Shown here: positions 26,914-36,345 of the stretch, piece by piece
Layout: every line of letters starts with the position of its first letter
How positions within the stretch are numbered: the first letter of the stretch is position 1
Origin: a virus
Taxonomy: Duplodnaviria > Caudoviricetes
Strand: one strand, 5' to 3'
IMG/VR virus record: IMGVR_UViG_3300017735_000009
Coordinates: 1-55,195 of that record
Length of the DNA: 55,195 nt
Made by a program: the position numbers and the translations under genes
Notes under the pieces: generated by a model
Seen by the model: the letters and a program-made list of their open reading frames with translations, nothing else
Told to the model about the DNA's origin: nothing
Databases searched by the model: none

Positions 26914-29074
26914 TGTAATCCACCGTTATAGTTCCTGATTGCAAGTCTTCAAATAATATCTTTTTACTTAAAGGCTTCTTAATCTTTTCTTCGAATACTC
27001 TCTTCAAAGGTCTTGCACCCATACTCGGTTCGTATCCTTGCTCTGCTAATTGCTTACGTGCGGCTGATAATAATCTAATCTTGATTCTACTGTTGTTGCT
27101 GGACAGTAACTTGTTTGTTTCTATAACAAGCCTATCAACAATCATTAGCATCTGACCTGGCTCTAATTTATTAAATTGCACTGTTGCATCAAGTCTATTT
27201 CTAAACTCTGGTGTAAAGAAACTTTTAACTGCTTTGTTTGTTTCACCTTTACGTACTTGATCACCAAATCCAATTTTAAGTTCTTCGCCTTTACTTGCAC
27301 CAAGGTTAGAAGTCATAAGCAATACAACATTACTAAAGTCAACAACCTTGCCCTGACTGCCTGTGACTCTACCATCATCCATAACTTGCAATAAGATTTG
27401 CAATACTTCTGGTGCGGCTTTCTCAACCTCATCAAGTAATAATACACAATTAGGATTGTCTTCTACTTCAGCAACTAATTGTCCTTGCCCCATCTTACCT
27501 TCTGCGTGTCCAACATAACCAGGAGGAGCACCAATCAGTTTGGCCACACTGTGACGTTCTTGATATTCACTCATATCAAACTTAACAAGTTTTGCTTGAA
27601 GTTCTTTTGCAAGTGCTCTTGCTGTTTCTGTTTTACCAGTACCAGTTGGACCTACAAACAAGAAACTGCCTATGGGCTTGTGGGGTTCACGCAATCCGGA
27701 CTTGCTAACAAGAATTGCTTCCACAATTTTATCAACAGCCTCGTCTTGTCCATAAACAGTTTCTTTGATTCTGATATCTAAATCTTTGTATGCATTTGAA
27801 CTTTCTGTGTCAATTACATCTTCGCCTATTTTACTAATCTTGCTGATTACTTTTACCATGTCCTTAATAGTTACTTCAGTGTCTTCTCTGAGTTTAACAG
27901 CGGCTCCGGCGGCATCAACTACATCAAGTGCTTTGTCTGGGAAATGTTTTGTTTTTACATATCTATCTGTGAGTTCAACACTTCTATCTAATAATTTGCT
28001 GTCGTATATTACACCGTGAAATTCTTCGTAGTAATGTTTTAATCCTTGTACAATTTCTTTTGTGCTTTCAAGATCTGTTTCGTTAACATCAAGCCTTGCA
28101 AACCTACGCATTAGAGCGCCATCCTTTTCAAAACTGTCTGCAAATTCATCTGGTGTTGTTGCACCAATTGTTAATAATCTACCTCTGCCTAACACAGGCT
28201 TTAGTAGGTTAGCGGCATCAACATTACCACCACCAGCACTGCCGGCACCCATAATCATGTGTATCTCATCAATGAACAATATAGCATCGTCATCTGCTTC
28301 GAGGCACTGTAGCACACCTTTAATACGTTCTTCGAAGTCACCCCTGTATCTTGTGCCTGCAAGTAATTGTCCAAGATCTAAACTGTAAACTACTTTGTTT
28401 CTCAGTGTCTTAGGTACTTCACCATCAACAATCTTTTTAGCAAGTCCTTCTGCAATAGCAGTTTTACCTGTGCCTGGCTCGCCTACAAGTACACAATTAT
28501 TCTTTTTACGTCTTGCAAGAATATGTACAAGATCACTTACTTCTTCATGCCTACCGATCAGAGGATCAATACGTTTCTTTCCTGCTTCATCGTTGAGGTT
28601 AACTGTGAACTCTTCTAATAATTCTCTGTTCTCATTTCTTGATACTTCTTTTTGTTGCTCGTCTCTGAGAACTTCTTTGGTTAGACCATTTAGCAAACAG
28701 TAATAAGATGCATGTGAGTCTTCCTCATACAAAATACTTATAAGTAAGTCTGCTGGTGCAAATGCATCACGTTTATTAAACACAATTGATGCTAACCCAC
28801 GTTGAAATACTTCCTCAAGTTTTTTTGTTTTTTGCGGAGAACCTTTAGAGCCATTCATACACACTAATCCATTCTCTTGATCATCGAGATAGTGCTGTAT
28901 GTCAGTCTTAATTTGCTCGTGGTCAATGCCTTGTCTATCGCAATGTCCTACAATCTCATGATCATCTAATAAACAAATGGTTAAATGTTCAAGTGTTACA
29001 TACTCATGATTTTGCACATTGGCTTTTTCAATTGCATTGTGTAATATTACTTCTACTGGATTTTTACTGCTCAT
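26888..29074 (-). CDS. clpA: ATP-dependent Clp protease ATP-binding subunit
   Basis: Clp-N (HEYVTLEHL), two AAA+ modules (GEPGTGKT, GPTGTGKT), IGF ClpP-docking loop, no ClpB middle domain. Confidence 0.92.
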   Translation of the reverse strand: MSSKNPVEVILHNAIEKANVQNHEYVTLEHLTICLLDDHEIVGHCDRQGIDHEQIKTDIQHYLDDQENGLVCMNGSKGSPQKTKKLEEVFQRGLASIVFNKRDAFAPADLLISILYEEDSHASYYCLLNGLTKEVLRDEQQKEVSRNENRELLEEFTVNLNDEAGKKRIDPLIGRHEEVSDLVHILARRKKNNCVLVGEPGTGKTAIAEGLAKKIVDGEVPKTLRNKVVYSLDLGQLLAGTRYRGDFEERIKGVLQCLEADDDAILFIDEIHMIMGAGSAGGGNVDAANLLKPVLGRGRLLTIGATTPDEFADSFEKDGALMRRFARLDVNETDLESTKEIVQGLKHYYEEFHGVIYDSKLLDRSVELTDRYVKTKHFPDKALDVVDAAGAAVKLREDTEVTIKDMVKVISKISKIGEDVIDTESSNAYKDLDIRIKETVYGQDEAVDKIVEAILVSKSGLREPHKPIGSFLFVGPTGTGKTETARALAKELQAKLVKFDMSEYQERHSVAKLIGAPPGYVGHAEGKMGQGQLVAEVEDNPNCVLLLDEVEKAAPEVLQILLQVMDDGRVTGSQGKVVDFSNVVLLMTSNLGASKGEELKIGFGDQVRKGETNKAVKSFFTPEFRNRLDATVQFNKLEPGQMLMIVDRLVIETNKLLSSNNSRIKIRLLSAARKQLAEQGYEPSMGARPLKRVFEEKIKKPLSKKILFEDLQSGTITVDYNEDFYFKE

Positions 29075-29875
29075 TTATCTATCTATTTCCCTGTTTATTT
29101 TATTTAACATTTCAAGGTGGCCTGAGTCCGAAATTCGAGGTGTAAAAACCTCAATTACTGCATACAAATTACCATATAAATTTCGACCATATACTGGCAT
29201 ACCCCAATTACTCAATCTCAATCTCGAACCTTCTTGTGTACCTGCCGGTACTTTAATTCTCACTTTCTTTCCACTAACATGATCTACTTGTACTTCTGTG
29301 CCAATCATTGCTTCTATGGCGTTTATGCGTACTGCCTGTAATATGTTATCACCGTCTATTGCTGTGCCCGGATCAGGTCTCACATGTAATCTCACTATGA
29401 GATCACCTGCTGGCATATCTTTGTAACGACTGTGTCCTTTGCCTGCTATCCTTACTTTGGTTCCATTCCTCATGCCTGGCTGTATTTGTATTATCTCTCT
29501 GGCATACCCTACGTCAACAATGACTTCTTTGCCCTTGTATGCTGTTTCCATGTTAATTGGTAAATCTACAAGTGCATCTGGATTTTGTCTTGCTCTTCTG
29601 TATTGATTACCAAATTGACTAAACATGTCACCAAATGGACTGCCCTCGCCAAATGGATTAAAACCTGGGTCTTGTGGACTGTCAGTACCAAATTGATCAA
29701 AGAACTCTTTCTTTTGCGGGTCACTTAATACATCGTATGCTTCTTGTACTCGCTTGAACTGTTCAGCATCACCGCCTTTGTCAGGGTGGTGTTTACTTGC
29801 AAGTTTACGATAGGCTTTTTTAATATCTTGGGGGCTGGCGCCACGTGCCAATCCAAGAGTGTCATAATGATCCAT
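29075..29875 (-). CDS. DnaJ/CbpA-type co-chaperone
   Basis: J domain with HPD and a DnaJ C-terminal domain; no zinc finger. Confidence 0.92.
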   Translation of the reverse strand: MDHYDTLGLARGASPQDIKKAYRKLASKHHPDKGGDAEQFKRVQEAYDVLSDPQKKEFFDQFGTDSPQDPGFNPFGEGSPFGDMFSQFGNQYRRARQNPDALVDLPINMETAYKGKEVIVDVGYAREIIQIQPGMRNGTKVRIAGKGHSRYKDMPAGDLIVRLHVRPDPGTAIDGDNILQAVRINAIEAMIGTEVQVDHVSGKKVRIKVPAGTQEGSRLRLSNWGMPVYGRNLYGNLYAVIEVFTPRISDSGHLEMLNKINREIDR

Positions 29876-29881
29876 TGATAT

Positions 29882-29910
29882 ATTATAGCACAGTTATTTT
29901 AATTGGTCAA
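29882..29910 (-). promoter_or_regulatory. sigma70-type promoter TTGACC-N17-TATAAT, near-leaderless
   Basis: The -10 box ends 6 nt before the DnaJ ATG. Confidence 0.55.
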
Positions 29911-31111
29911 GACTTATAATGTATTTTTCTGGAGCAGTTTGCATGATGGTAAGATCTTTGCCATTGTTGTTACGGTATGATATTGCCTGCCAAAAGAAGT
30001 CATGTAAATTCATTACACGGTCACCAGTACTTCCTAAAACATATTCATCTTTATCAAGTAACCATTGTTTGGTCTTTTTATAATTTGCAAGTAGTAACTG
30101 TTTATTGTGTGTAACCATTTCTCTAACTTCATCTTGGTTTGCACTGATGTTATTGTAGAAGTGAGATACCACATATTGTATAGACTCGTAGTCATGATGT
30201 GCTGATCTTGTATTATCTGATGCAGGGCACTGGCTCATAGGATAAAATTTATCTAAAGTAATTCCATAGAATTTTTCAAAGGTTTGGTATCCAAGTTTGT
30301 TTAGATGCTCATGTAAACCATATTCACCTACTATAACAAATGGATGGCTGTTCATGATAGGCCTATAAGTTTTTTCAGAAATCATAGGACCGTCTTGATA
30401 CAATCTTGGTTGTACAGGTTCCCATGGATTTGGAACGTTGAAGCCAGTGTTAGATTCTGCTATCAAAGACCAGCCTGTGTTTTCGTATATGCGAGTTTGG
30501 TATGGATATCCTACGTAATGTTGCATTCCGTTAGCACAAATATCAGTCATCTCAATATCCATGGTTCTATTTAGACTCAAGAAATATTCTACTGTACCGC
30601 CTATTGTATCAATGCAGTCTTGTTGACTTTTAATAACATTTGCAGATATTGTTGGGTCACTTGGTTCTAATACTTTTAACGAATAATCTAACTTATGTAA
30701 TTGGTTTGCTTCATCCAAGTACTTCAATATAGCCAACCTTGTTGGTTTTGTTGTTTTGCCAGGTTGGTATAATCCTTTGTCAATGCAATTCCATTGTTGA
30801 CTTTCTGTTGCCACACCATTTTCGTGATATGCGCCTGCTTGATATTCAAAATATTCTACTGGAAATCCATGAGGTGTAATATCACTTGTGGAATTACCAT
30901 ACCATGCTATATCATATCCTGCACTCTTGCATTCAATAACTTGTTGCACGATTATATCTTTATCATTCAATAGTTCGTTTACTGTGTGAAGGAAAAAACA
31001 ATTAGGTGTAGGGCTGATAGATATATAATGTAATATTTGTGGGTTATGTTCTATCTGTTGTAACAGGGTTTCTCCCTGCGGACTCGCAGTGAGTTTTGTG
31101 CGAACGATCAT
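29894..31111 (-). CDS. hypothetical protein, possibly glycosyltransferase-like
   Basis: SLIAES...ISEKTYRPIMNSHPFVIVG...LGYQTF motif, recurrent in large phages. Confidence 0.6.
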   Translation of the reverse strand: MIVRTKLTASPQGETLLQQIEHNPQILHYISISPTPNCFFLHTVNELLNDKDIIVQQVIECKSAGYDIAWYGNSTSDITPHGFPVEYFEYQAGAYHENGVATESQQWNCIDKGLYQPGKTTKPTRLAILKYLDEANQLHKLDYSLKVLEPSDPTISANVIKSQQDCIDTIGGTVEYFLSLNRTMDIEMTDICANGMQHYVGYPYQTRIYENTGWSLIAESNTGFNVPNPWEPVQPRLYQDGPMISEKTYRPIMNSHPFVIVGEYGLHEHLNKLGYQTFEKFYGITLDKFYPMSQCPASDNTRSAHHDYESIQYVVSHFYNNISANQDEVREMVTHNKQLLLANYKKTKQWLLDKDEYVLGSTGDRVMNLHDFFWQAISYRNNNGKDLTIMQTAPEKYIISLDQLK

Positions 31112-31114
31112 TTA

Positions 31115-31828
31115 TTAATCCTTAGATGGTAATCCAGGTATAAGTTTACTAAGACTGAATCCACCTTGTTCTTTAACAGGTGCTTCAGGCTGTTTGTTAT
31201 CTGCTTTTACTTCTTCTACTTGTTCTACTTGTGCTTCTTCGTTCTTATTAATCCAATCTTCTTTGTCATCGTTGGATTCGGCACCTGTTGCTTCACGGTA
31301 GTAAAGTATAATTTCTTTTTGTTGTTTGATATAACGTTTGATGTCTTGTAGGTTAGCGGCCATGTTCTCATAACCTTTTGGGGTCATGCCCATTAACACA
31401 AAGTCTCCGCCTAATGTCTTTTCAACTTCAGCAATTTTTTGCTCCAAGTTACCACATACCATTATGACTTCGCCGTTTTTGTCTTTGAGTTGCTCTCTGA
31501 GAATACGTTGACCATCTACGTCTCTGACTGCTCTTGTGCTTTCTGTACCATCTTCCTTGGTATACTTTTCGCTCATATACTTTTCGGTTGTATAATACTT
31601 AGGTTTCTTGTTCTCACCAGTTGCTGGCTTACAAGGTGTATTAGTTAATACTTTCCATTCAACATTTTGCATTTGAATTTCTTGTGGTAATGGTGGTTGA
31701 TATATTTCTAATTGTACTGTTTCAGTGATTACTTTAACAGGTGGTAGTGGCTGATAGCCTCCTCCCATACTGCTACAACCAGTTAGAAATAATAAACCTG
31801 CTACTGTAAATAATCCTTTCTTAGTCAT
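31115..31828 (-). CDS. outer-membrane lipoprotein, o-spanin-like
   Basis: Lipobox FLTGC, Pro-rich segment, GYENMAANLQDIKRYI; follows an i-spanin-like gene. Confidence 0.7.
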   Translation of the reverse strand: MTKKGLFTVAGLLFLTGCSSMGGGYQPLPPVKVITETVQLEIYQPPLPQEIQMQNVEWKVLTNTPCKPATGENKKPKYYTTEKYMSEKYTKEDGTESTRAVRDVDGQRILREQLKDKNGEVIMVCGNLEQKIAEVEKTLGGDFVLMGMTPKGYENMAANLQDIKRYIKQQKEIILYYREATGAESNDDKEDWINKNEEAQVEQVEEVKADNKQPEAPVKEQGGFSLSKLIPGLPSKD

Positions 31829-32261
31829 TTGGTTCACCTGTTTGTGTGTCTTGTGCGTCTAATTCTCTACTGTCTTCTTCAACACTGCGAAATACTTTCT
31901 CAGTGGCTTTGTTTGCTCTAAGTTCTATGCTTCCTGGTCTTGCTCTTGCAAGTTTAGTGAAGTCATGATCTTTAAATATTCTAAGGTAACTGTCACGCTC
32001 TGCGTTCAGCTCGTTATTACGATTAGTTAAGTTGCCCATAGCCAGTGCCTGTGCTTTACTTTTTTCTTCGAGGCCTCTGATGGTGTCTTCTTGAATTTGC
32101 TGTGCTGATTGCAATGCAACGTTTTGCTGAACTGCTTGATCTAAATTCATCTGTAATTGATCAATGCGTTTGTCTTTTTCGTTTACTATAAATTTGTGTG
32201 CGCCAAATCCTAACAAGGCTACAAATATAATTATGGGAAGTGCTTTTATGAATCCGAGCAT
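31821..32261 (-). CDS. i-spanin-like protein
   Basis: N-terminal TM, long coiled coil, LARARPG.IE..AN.AT..VF. Confidence 0.7.
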   Translation of the reverse strand: MLGFIKALPIIIFVALLGFGAHKFIVNEKDKRIDQLQMNLDQAVQQNVALQSAQQIQEDTIRGLEEKSKAQALAMGNLTNRNNELNAERDSYLRIFKDHDFTKLARARPGSIELRANKATEKVFRSVEEDSRELDAQDTQTGEPND

Positions 32262-33025
32262 AGTTTAGTTACCAGTATGTTATCAGCGCCTTCTCTAAAG
32301 ATCACAATGTAATTGTCTATAGGTATTGCTCTCATCTCTCCTAACATACTGTTAAACTGTCTGAGTGTGCTATCTAAAGGCTTAATTGCACTTTCTGAAA
32401 TGCCAATGTCTGCCATTGTGTCGTTAGCGGAACCAAACCCAACCACTTCTAAACGTGCTGTGTTGTTCCTTGCGTCTGTCATTGTTATAATATTTTCTGC
32501 AAGTTCTACATTCATTGATGATTGTCTTGCAAATTCTAATATTGCAGATTCAAACTCTTGTGTACGTTCTGCTTCAGCGGCCTCTTCTGCCTCTGCATTT
32601 GCTATCCATTCATCTTTAGTCATATAGTTCTCTGGGTCAGTGATTAACCAAGTGTTAATGTCGTCATTTAAGATGCCGTGAAAGTCATCTGTTAAATGAG
32701 TTTGCCCTGTCCATTTCATGTTGCCTGCAATGTTATTTAAATCAGTGCAGATTTCTTTAATTGTTTCTAATGATTTCTCATTACGATCTATCTCAACAAA
32801 CACCATATAGTATCCATCTGGATTAGGGTTTGGAGATACTTCAACATCTCTGATTTTTGCGATGCCTGTGTTTAAAAATTCGTATACATCTTGTCCAACC
32901 TTTTCATCTACAGTGTTGAAACCCACAACAATAACATCCTTGCTTTCACCTGTCTTAGGTTCAAACGTATCGATGACTACTTTGCCAAGCATTGTGTCTT
33001 TTAATTCACCTACCTTGATACCCAT
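32246..33025 (-). CDS. conserved jumbo-phage hypothetical protein
   Basis: ID.FEPKTG...DVIVVGF...DVEVSP.P..DG.Y.VFVEI.R. Confidence 0.75.
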   Translation of the reverse strand: MGIKVGELKDTMLGKVVIDTFEPKTGESKDVIVVGFNTVDEKVGQDVYEFLNTGIAKIRDVEVSPNPNPDGYYMVFVEIDRNEKSLETIKEICTDLNNIAGNMKWTGQTHLTDDFHGILNDDINTWLITDPENYMTKDEWIANAEAEEAAEAERTQEFESAILEFARQSSMNVELAENIITMTDARNNTARLEVVGFGSANDTMADIGISESAIKPLDSTLRQFNSMLGEMRAIPIDNYIVIFREGADNILVTKLCSDS

Positions 33026-33582
33026 TATATTGTTGGTCCTGTTCCAATATCGCCCAAGTCAGTTTGTTGCATGTCTTGTTCTTGTTCGATTTGAGTTTCT
33101 GCATTCATTGATTCAAGATCAACATAGTTGTTTTCATCTTGTTCAAGTTGGTCTGTGTTGAACTCGTCAACATACTTACGTGGCAGTTTAATTTCAACTA
33201 CCCAAACAGGTTCTGATTTAGTTCTTGCTCTGGTCTTTGTTGTGCCATTTGGTCTTTGCTCTACAGTTAAGTCTCCAAACTCTTTGACTTTAACTGGACG
33301 TATTAGTGTATCTTCTGTGAACTTTACCATACATTCACGTGCAAACAATCTTTTAGCACCATTAGGATCAGGCATGTCCGCTTTTGGGTACATCAACTTG
33401 ATCGAAATGTAATGTCTTTGTAACAAAGGACCTTCAAGCAATTCACCTTTGATCCAGTTTTTGTATGCATATAGGTTTGTGTCATCAAGGAACTTTTCAA
33501 ATTCCAATAACATATCTAAGAGACTGTTTGTCTCTGAAACTTTTCTTACGTGATCGTTAAGCATTTTAACGGCTATAGTCAT
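33025..33582 (-). CDS. conserved jumbo-phage hypothetical protein
   Basis: Y.YKNW..GEL.EGP...MPDP.GAKRL; late motif at 33605-33613. Confidence 0.75.
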   Translation of the reverse strand: MTIAVKMLNDHVRKVSETNSLLDMLLEFEKFLDDTNLYAYKNWIKGELLEGPLLQRHYISIKLMYPKADMPDPNGAKRLFARECMVKFTEDTLIRPVKVKEFGDLTVEQRPNGTTKTRARTKSEPVWVVEIKLPRKYVDEFNTDQLEQDENNYVDLESMNAETQIEQEQDMQQTDLGDIGTGPTI

Positions 33583-33614
33583 AACAATAAACTCCTGTTA
33601 CAACTATTTATCAA

Positions 33615-34223
33615 TTATTGTTCAATAAACTCTGGGTTATGAATATAACATGTATGCTTTTTCTTTTCATACGTGACCACTAATTGCTTTGATGTGTCTG
33701 CTTTGTTAAACACATGGCCTACTTTATATGAATCTTGTGGCTTGACCTGTACAGGATAGTCACCAAGCCAACCATCTATGCCTTGGCTTTCTTCTTCTGC
33801 TGTTGAGAATCTATACTCCATGTCAAAGTATTTTGCCGCGGCCTTGATAGCAGATGTCTCACCACCCATACCAAAGTGTGTTTTGTTAAAGATAACTTCT
33901 TCAACATATGATCTACATAGTTCTTTGTCTAACCAAGGAATACGCATATCATTTACTGCTTTGTCAAACAGTTTGTCTGCCGCCCATTCTATACCTTCCC
34001 AGCCTTGCTGTTCAATATAAAACTGCTCCCAATTTTCGATAGTATCAGGCTGTCCTGTTTCCATGAATGCTAACCATGTCTCTTTCATAGAGCCTACTTT
34101 GGTTGCTTTAAAACACTGTGCATTCTGACCTGCAATGTTTAGCAACTGTGTTGCATAACGAGGCCATTCACGTCTGCTACGTGAGTCATGTTCTTTGTAA
34201 AAACGTGCTGTTAACTTGATCAT
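33615..34223 (-). CDS. MjaI-family type II restriction endonuclease-like protein
   Basis: PRYATQLLNIAGQNAQ...VGSM.E, KT..G, YRFSTAEEESQGIDGWLGDYPVQVKP (PD-(D/E)xK-like core with QxK). Start reassigned to MIKL (ATGA overlap). Confidence 0.75.
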   Translation of the reverse strand: MIKLTARFYKEHDSRSRREWPRYATQLLNIAGQNAQCFKATKVGSMKETWLAFMETGQPDTIENWEQFYIEQQGWEGIEWAADKLFDKAVNDMRIPWLDKELCRSYVEEVIFNKTHFGMGGETSAIKAAAKYFDMEYRFSTAEEESQGIDGWLGDYPVQVKPQDSYKVGHVFNKADTSKQLVVTYEKKKHTCYIHNPEFIEQ

Positions 34224-34408
34224 ATACCAAATACCACATGTAATATCAGTGTGAAGATAAACAGTAATCCCCAATTTGCTATCAGGGTGTTAAAAGACCA
34301 ATACTTCCTTTTTGCATTATATCCTATTAGTCCTAATGCTAAACTAAAACCATAGTATATTGACATAAAGAATAGTATTAATACACCTATCCACCATATT
34401 GTTAACAT
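34220..34408 (-). CDS. small 2-TM membrane protein
   Basis: 62 aa, GGAGG RBS, coupled to the nuclease gene. Confidence 0.65.
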   Translation of the reverse strand: MLTIWWIGVLILFFMSIYYGFSLALGLIGYNAKRKYWSFNTLIANWGLLFIFTLILHVVFGI

Positions 34409-34436
34409 ATAAACCTCCTACGCTTATATAAAAAAG

Positions 34437-34483
34437 TAGTAGCAACCCTTAGCAATCTTTAGCAATTTAACGTTTTGCTACTA
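34437..34483. repeat. three TAGCAA direct repeats at 10-bp period plus an inverted copy
   Basis: TAGCAA at 34440, 34450 and 34460; TAGTAGCAA/TTGCTACTA inverted pair. Confidence 0.7.
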
Positions 34484-34492
34484 TTTACATAT

Positions 34493-34522
34493 ATTATAGC
34501 AGATCTACAGGGTTTGTCAACC
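34493..34522 (-). promoter_or_regulatory. sigma70-type promoter GGTTGACA-N16-TATAAT
   Basis: Hexamers at 34515-34520 and 34493-34498. Confidence 0.75.
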
Positions 34523-34553
34523 GGAAAACGGGCCTCCATGGCCCTGATAAATG

Positions 34554-34922
34554 CTAACATCCGCCGCCAAATGTAAGTCCATCTGGGGTGCATTCTACTT
34601 CTTCAGTAGGCTGTTCCTCTTCAACCAAACATGCTTCGTAACTGTAACCTGAGGGTGGTGCAACACCTCCCCATGCCCAGCATAGTTCATCACCAGTTAC
34701 TGGCTCAGGAACATAGTCACGTTTATTCCACTCTTTTGCATTGAAAAAACGAACAGCATTTTTCATACTGCCAGTGGCAGTGTATACATTATCTTTGTTG
34801 CTAATGTAAATGCTTTCTTTGTTTTTGAGAGTGTAGGTTGATCCATCTTCGTAGTTTATTACTGTCTGAGCAGATACCGAAGTGGACAAGAGTATCATAC
34901 CCAACATTGTTGCTATTTTCAT
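34554..34922 (-). CDS. secreted hypothetical protein
   Basis: Signal peptide, four Cys in the C-terminal half; TATAAATA motif upstream (~34971). Confidence 0.7.
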   Translation of the reverse strand: MKIATMLGMILLSTSVSAQTVINYEDGSTYTLKNKESIYISNKDNVYTATGSMKNAVRFFNAKEWNKRDYVPEPVTGDELCWAWGGVAPPSGYSYEACLVEEEQPTEEVECTPDGLTFGGGC

Positions 34923-35013
34923 AACTTCTCCTTGTTGGACAGTACATGATACAACTGTATACTGAAATAATATTTATAGGCTATATTGTATTGCTGTTAG
35001 ATATTTTGGTCGT

Positions 35014-35037
35014 AAAAAAAGCACCACTTGGATGCTT
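35014..35037 (-). terminator. probable intrinsic terminator
   Basis: AAGCATCCA-AG-TGGTGCTT followed by a T run, after the porin-like gene. Confidence 0.45.
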
Positions 35038-35055
35038 CCTTTACGTTTCTAAAAT

Positions 35056-35664
35056 TTAGAAACCTATTGAGTAGCCAACATAGAAGTTGTCAACGTCTTG
35101 TATCTTATCTAAAAGATCTTCGTCGTTGTTATCGTGGTCGATAAAACCAACTTTTACTTTGCCACCCGCTAAGTCAAATGACTTAGATACTTCCAAAAAG
35201 GAACCTGCATTGTCCCAGTCGCCATAAGCAACATCAACAATTTTTAATGCACTTGAATCTACTTTGTAGAAATCACCTGCATCATCAAGTCCTTTAGAAT
35301 AGTATACGCCAAATAGGTCGAAATCCGCTCTCACGTTTAATTCTTCCCATCCATCGCTGTCAATACCTTGGAAGCCACGGTCAACGTATGCAACGTTTAA
35401 ATCAACGCCACCTAAGTCAAAACCATAACCAACCAACATAGTTGTCATTAAATCTGAATTTTCATTCAGTGACATAACACTTGCTCCAGCAAAGATACCA
35501 TTGTCAAGACTTAAATTGCCTTGAGCAGAGTATCCAAAACCGTCACTCATACTAATGCCTCTGAAAATATTATCAGATGCGATGCCAACTTTACCACTAA
35601 TATCAGCGGCGAAAGTTGGAGTCGATAGCATAATTGCTATCATTGTTGTAAATATATATTTCAT
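35056..35664 (-). CDS. TorF-like (TIGR02001-type) outer-membrane beta-barrel protein
   Basis: Signal peptide, ISG.VGIASD.IFRGIS.S, C-terminal YVGYSIGF beta signal. Confidence 0.75.
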   Translation of the reverse strand: MKYIFTTMIAIMLSTPTFAADISGKVGIASDNIFRGISMSDGFGYSAQGNLSLDNGIFAGASVMSLNENSDLMTTMLVGYGFDLGGVDLNVAYVDRGFQGIDSDGWEELNVRADFDLFGVYYSKGLDDAGDFYKVDSSALKIVDVAYGDWDNAGSFLEVSKSFDLAGGKVKVGFIDHDNNDEDLLDKIQDVDNFYVGYSIGF

Positions 35665-35743
35665 ATATTACTCCTTTCTTTTTATTATAAACTACGGAAA
35701 TTACAGACAGGTAAACCCATCTATAATTCCTATAGTTAACTAA

Positions 35744-35773
35744 AGTATACTATAATTTGATTATTTGTCAACC
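35744..35773 (-). promoter_or_regulatory. sigma70-type promoter GGTTGACA-N16-TATACT
   Basis: Hexamers at 35766-35771 and 35744-35749. Confidence 0.6.
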
Positions 35774-35807
35774 AAAATACAGCCTACTTTATATAGTACA
35801 AAAGTAT

Positions 35808-36044
35808 CTATTTGCTTTTGCTATCATCTCCTAAAAGGTGAATGATAATAATCGCCACTAACAAACCGACTAAGCCGCCTTGTCCAAGTGTTGATACTAA
35901 TGCTGTGATGTTACCAACAACGTCTCCGATCATAGCATTAGAACCAAATAATAGTCCTGCTAAGATGCCTAAACCTAAAAGGTTTACAAACACTGCTGAT
36001 AAGCCTTTGACAAAGTCATTGGCTTTTTTCATTACTATATCCAT
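35808..36044 (-). CDS. small 2-TM membrane protein
   Basis: LLFG...DVVGNI..LV..LG..GLVGL. Confidence 0.75.
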   Translation of the reverse strand: MDIVMKKANDFVKGLSAVFVNLLGLGILAGLLFGSNAMIGDVVGNITALVSTLGQGGLVGLLVAIIIIHLLGDDSKSK

Positions 36045-36345
36045 ATGTTACTCCTATATAGATATGACACAAGATAATTCTTATGTCGCATATATTTAAG
36101 TTGACTTCGGTACCCGTTAACACAGGTTAGAAGTTAACTAAACACTTTATTATAACATAATCTACATAAATAGCAACCATTTATAATATTAACTGCCATT
36201 AAAATGGGCCCATTCACAGTGCTAAATAATATTACATGATGATTAACAACCATTCAAAAAGTTGTAGTAAACAACACATACAAGTTATGGACCGTGACGG
36301 CAATGCCCTACACGGTTTTTTTATGGCTTTACAAAGGAGTATAAC

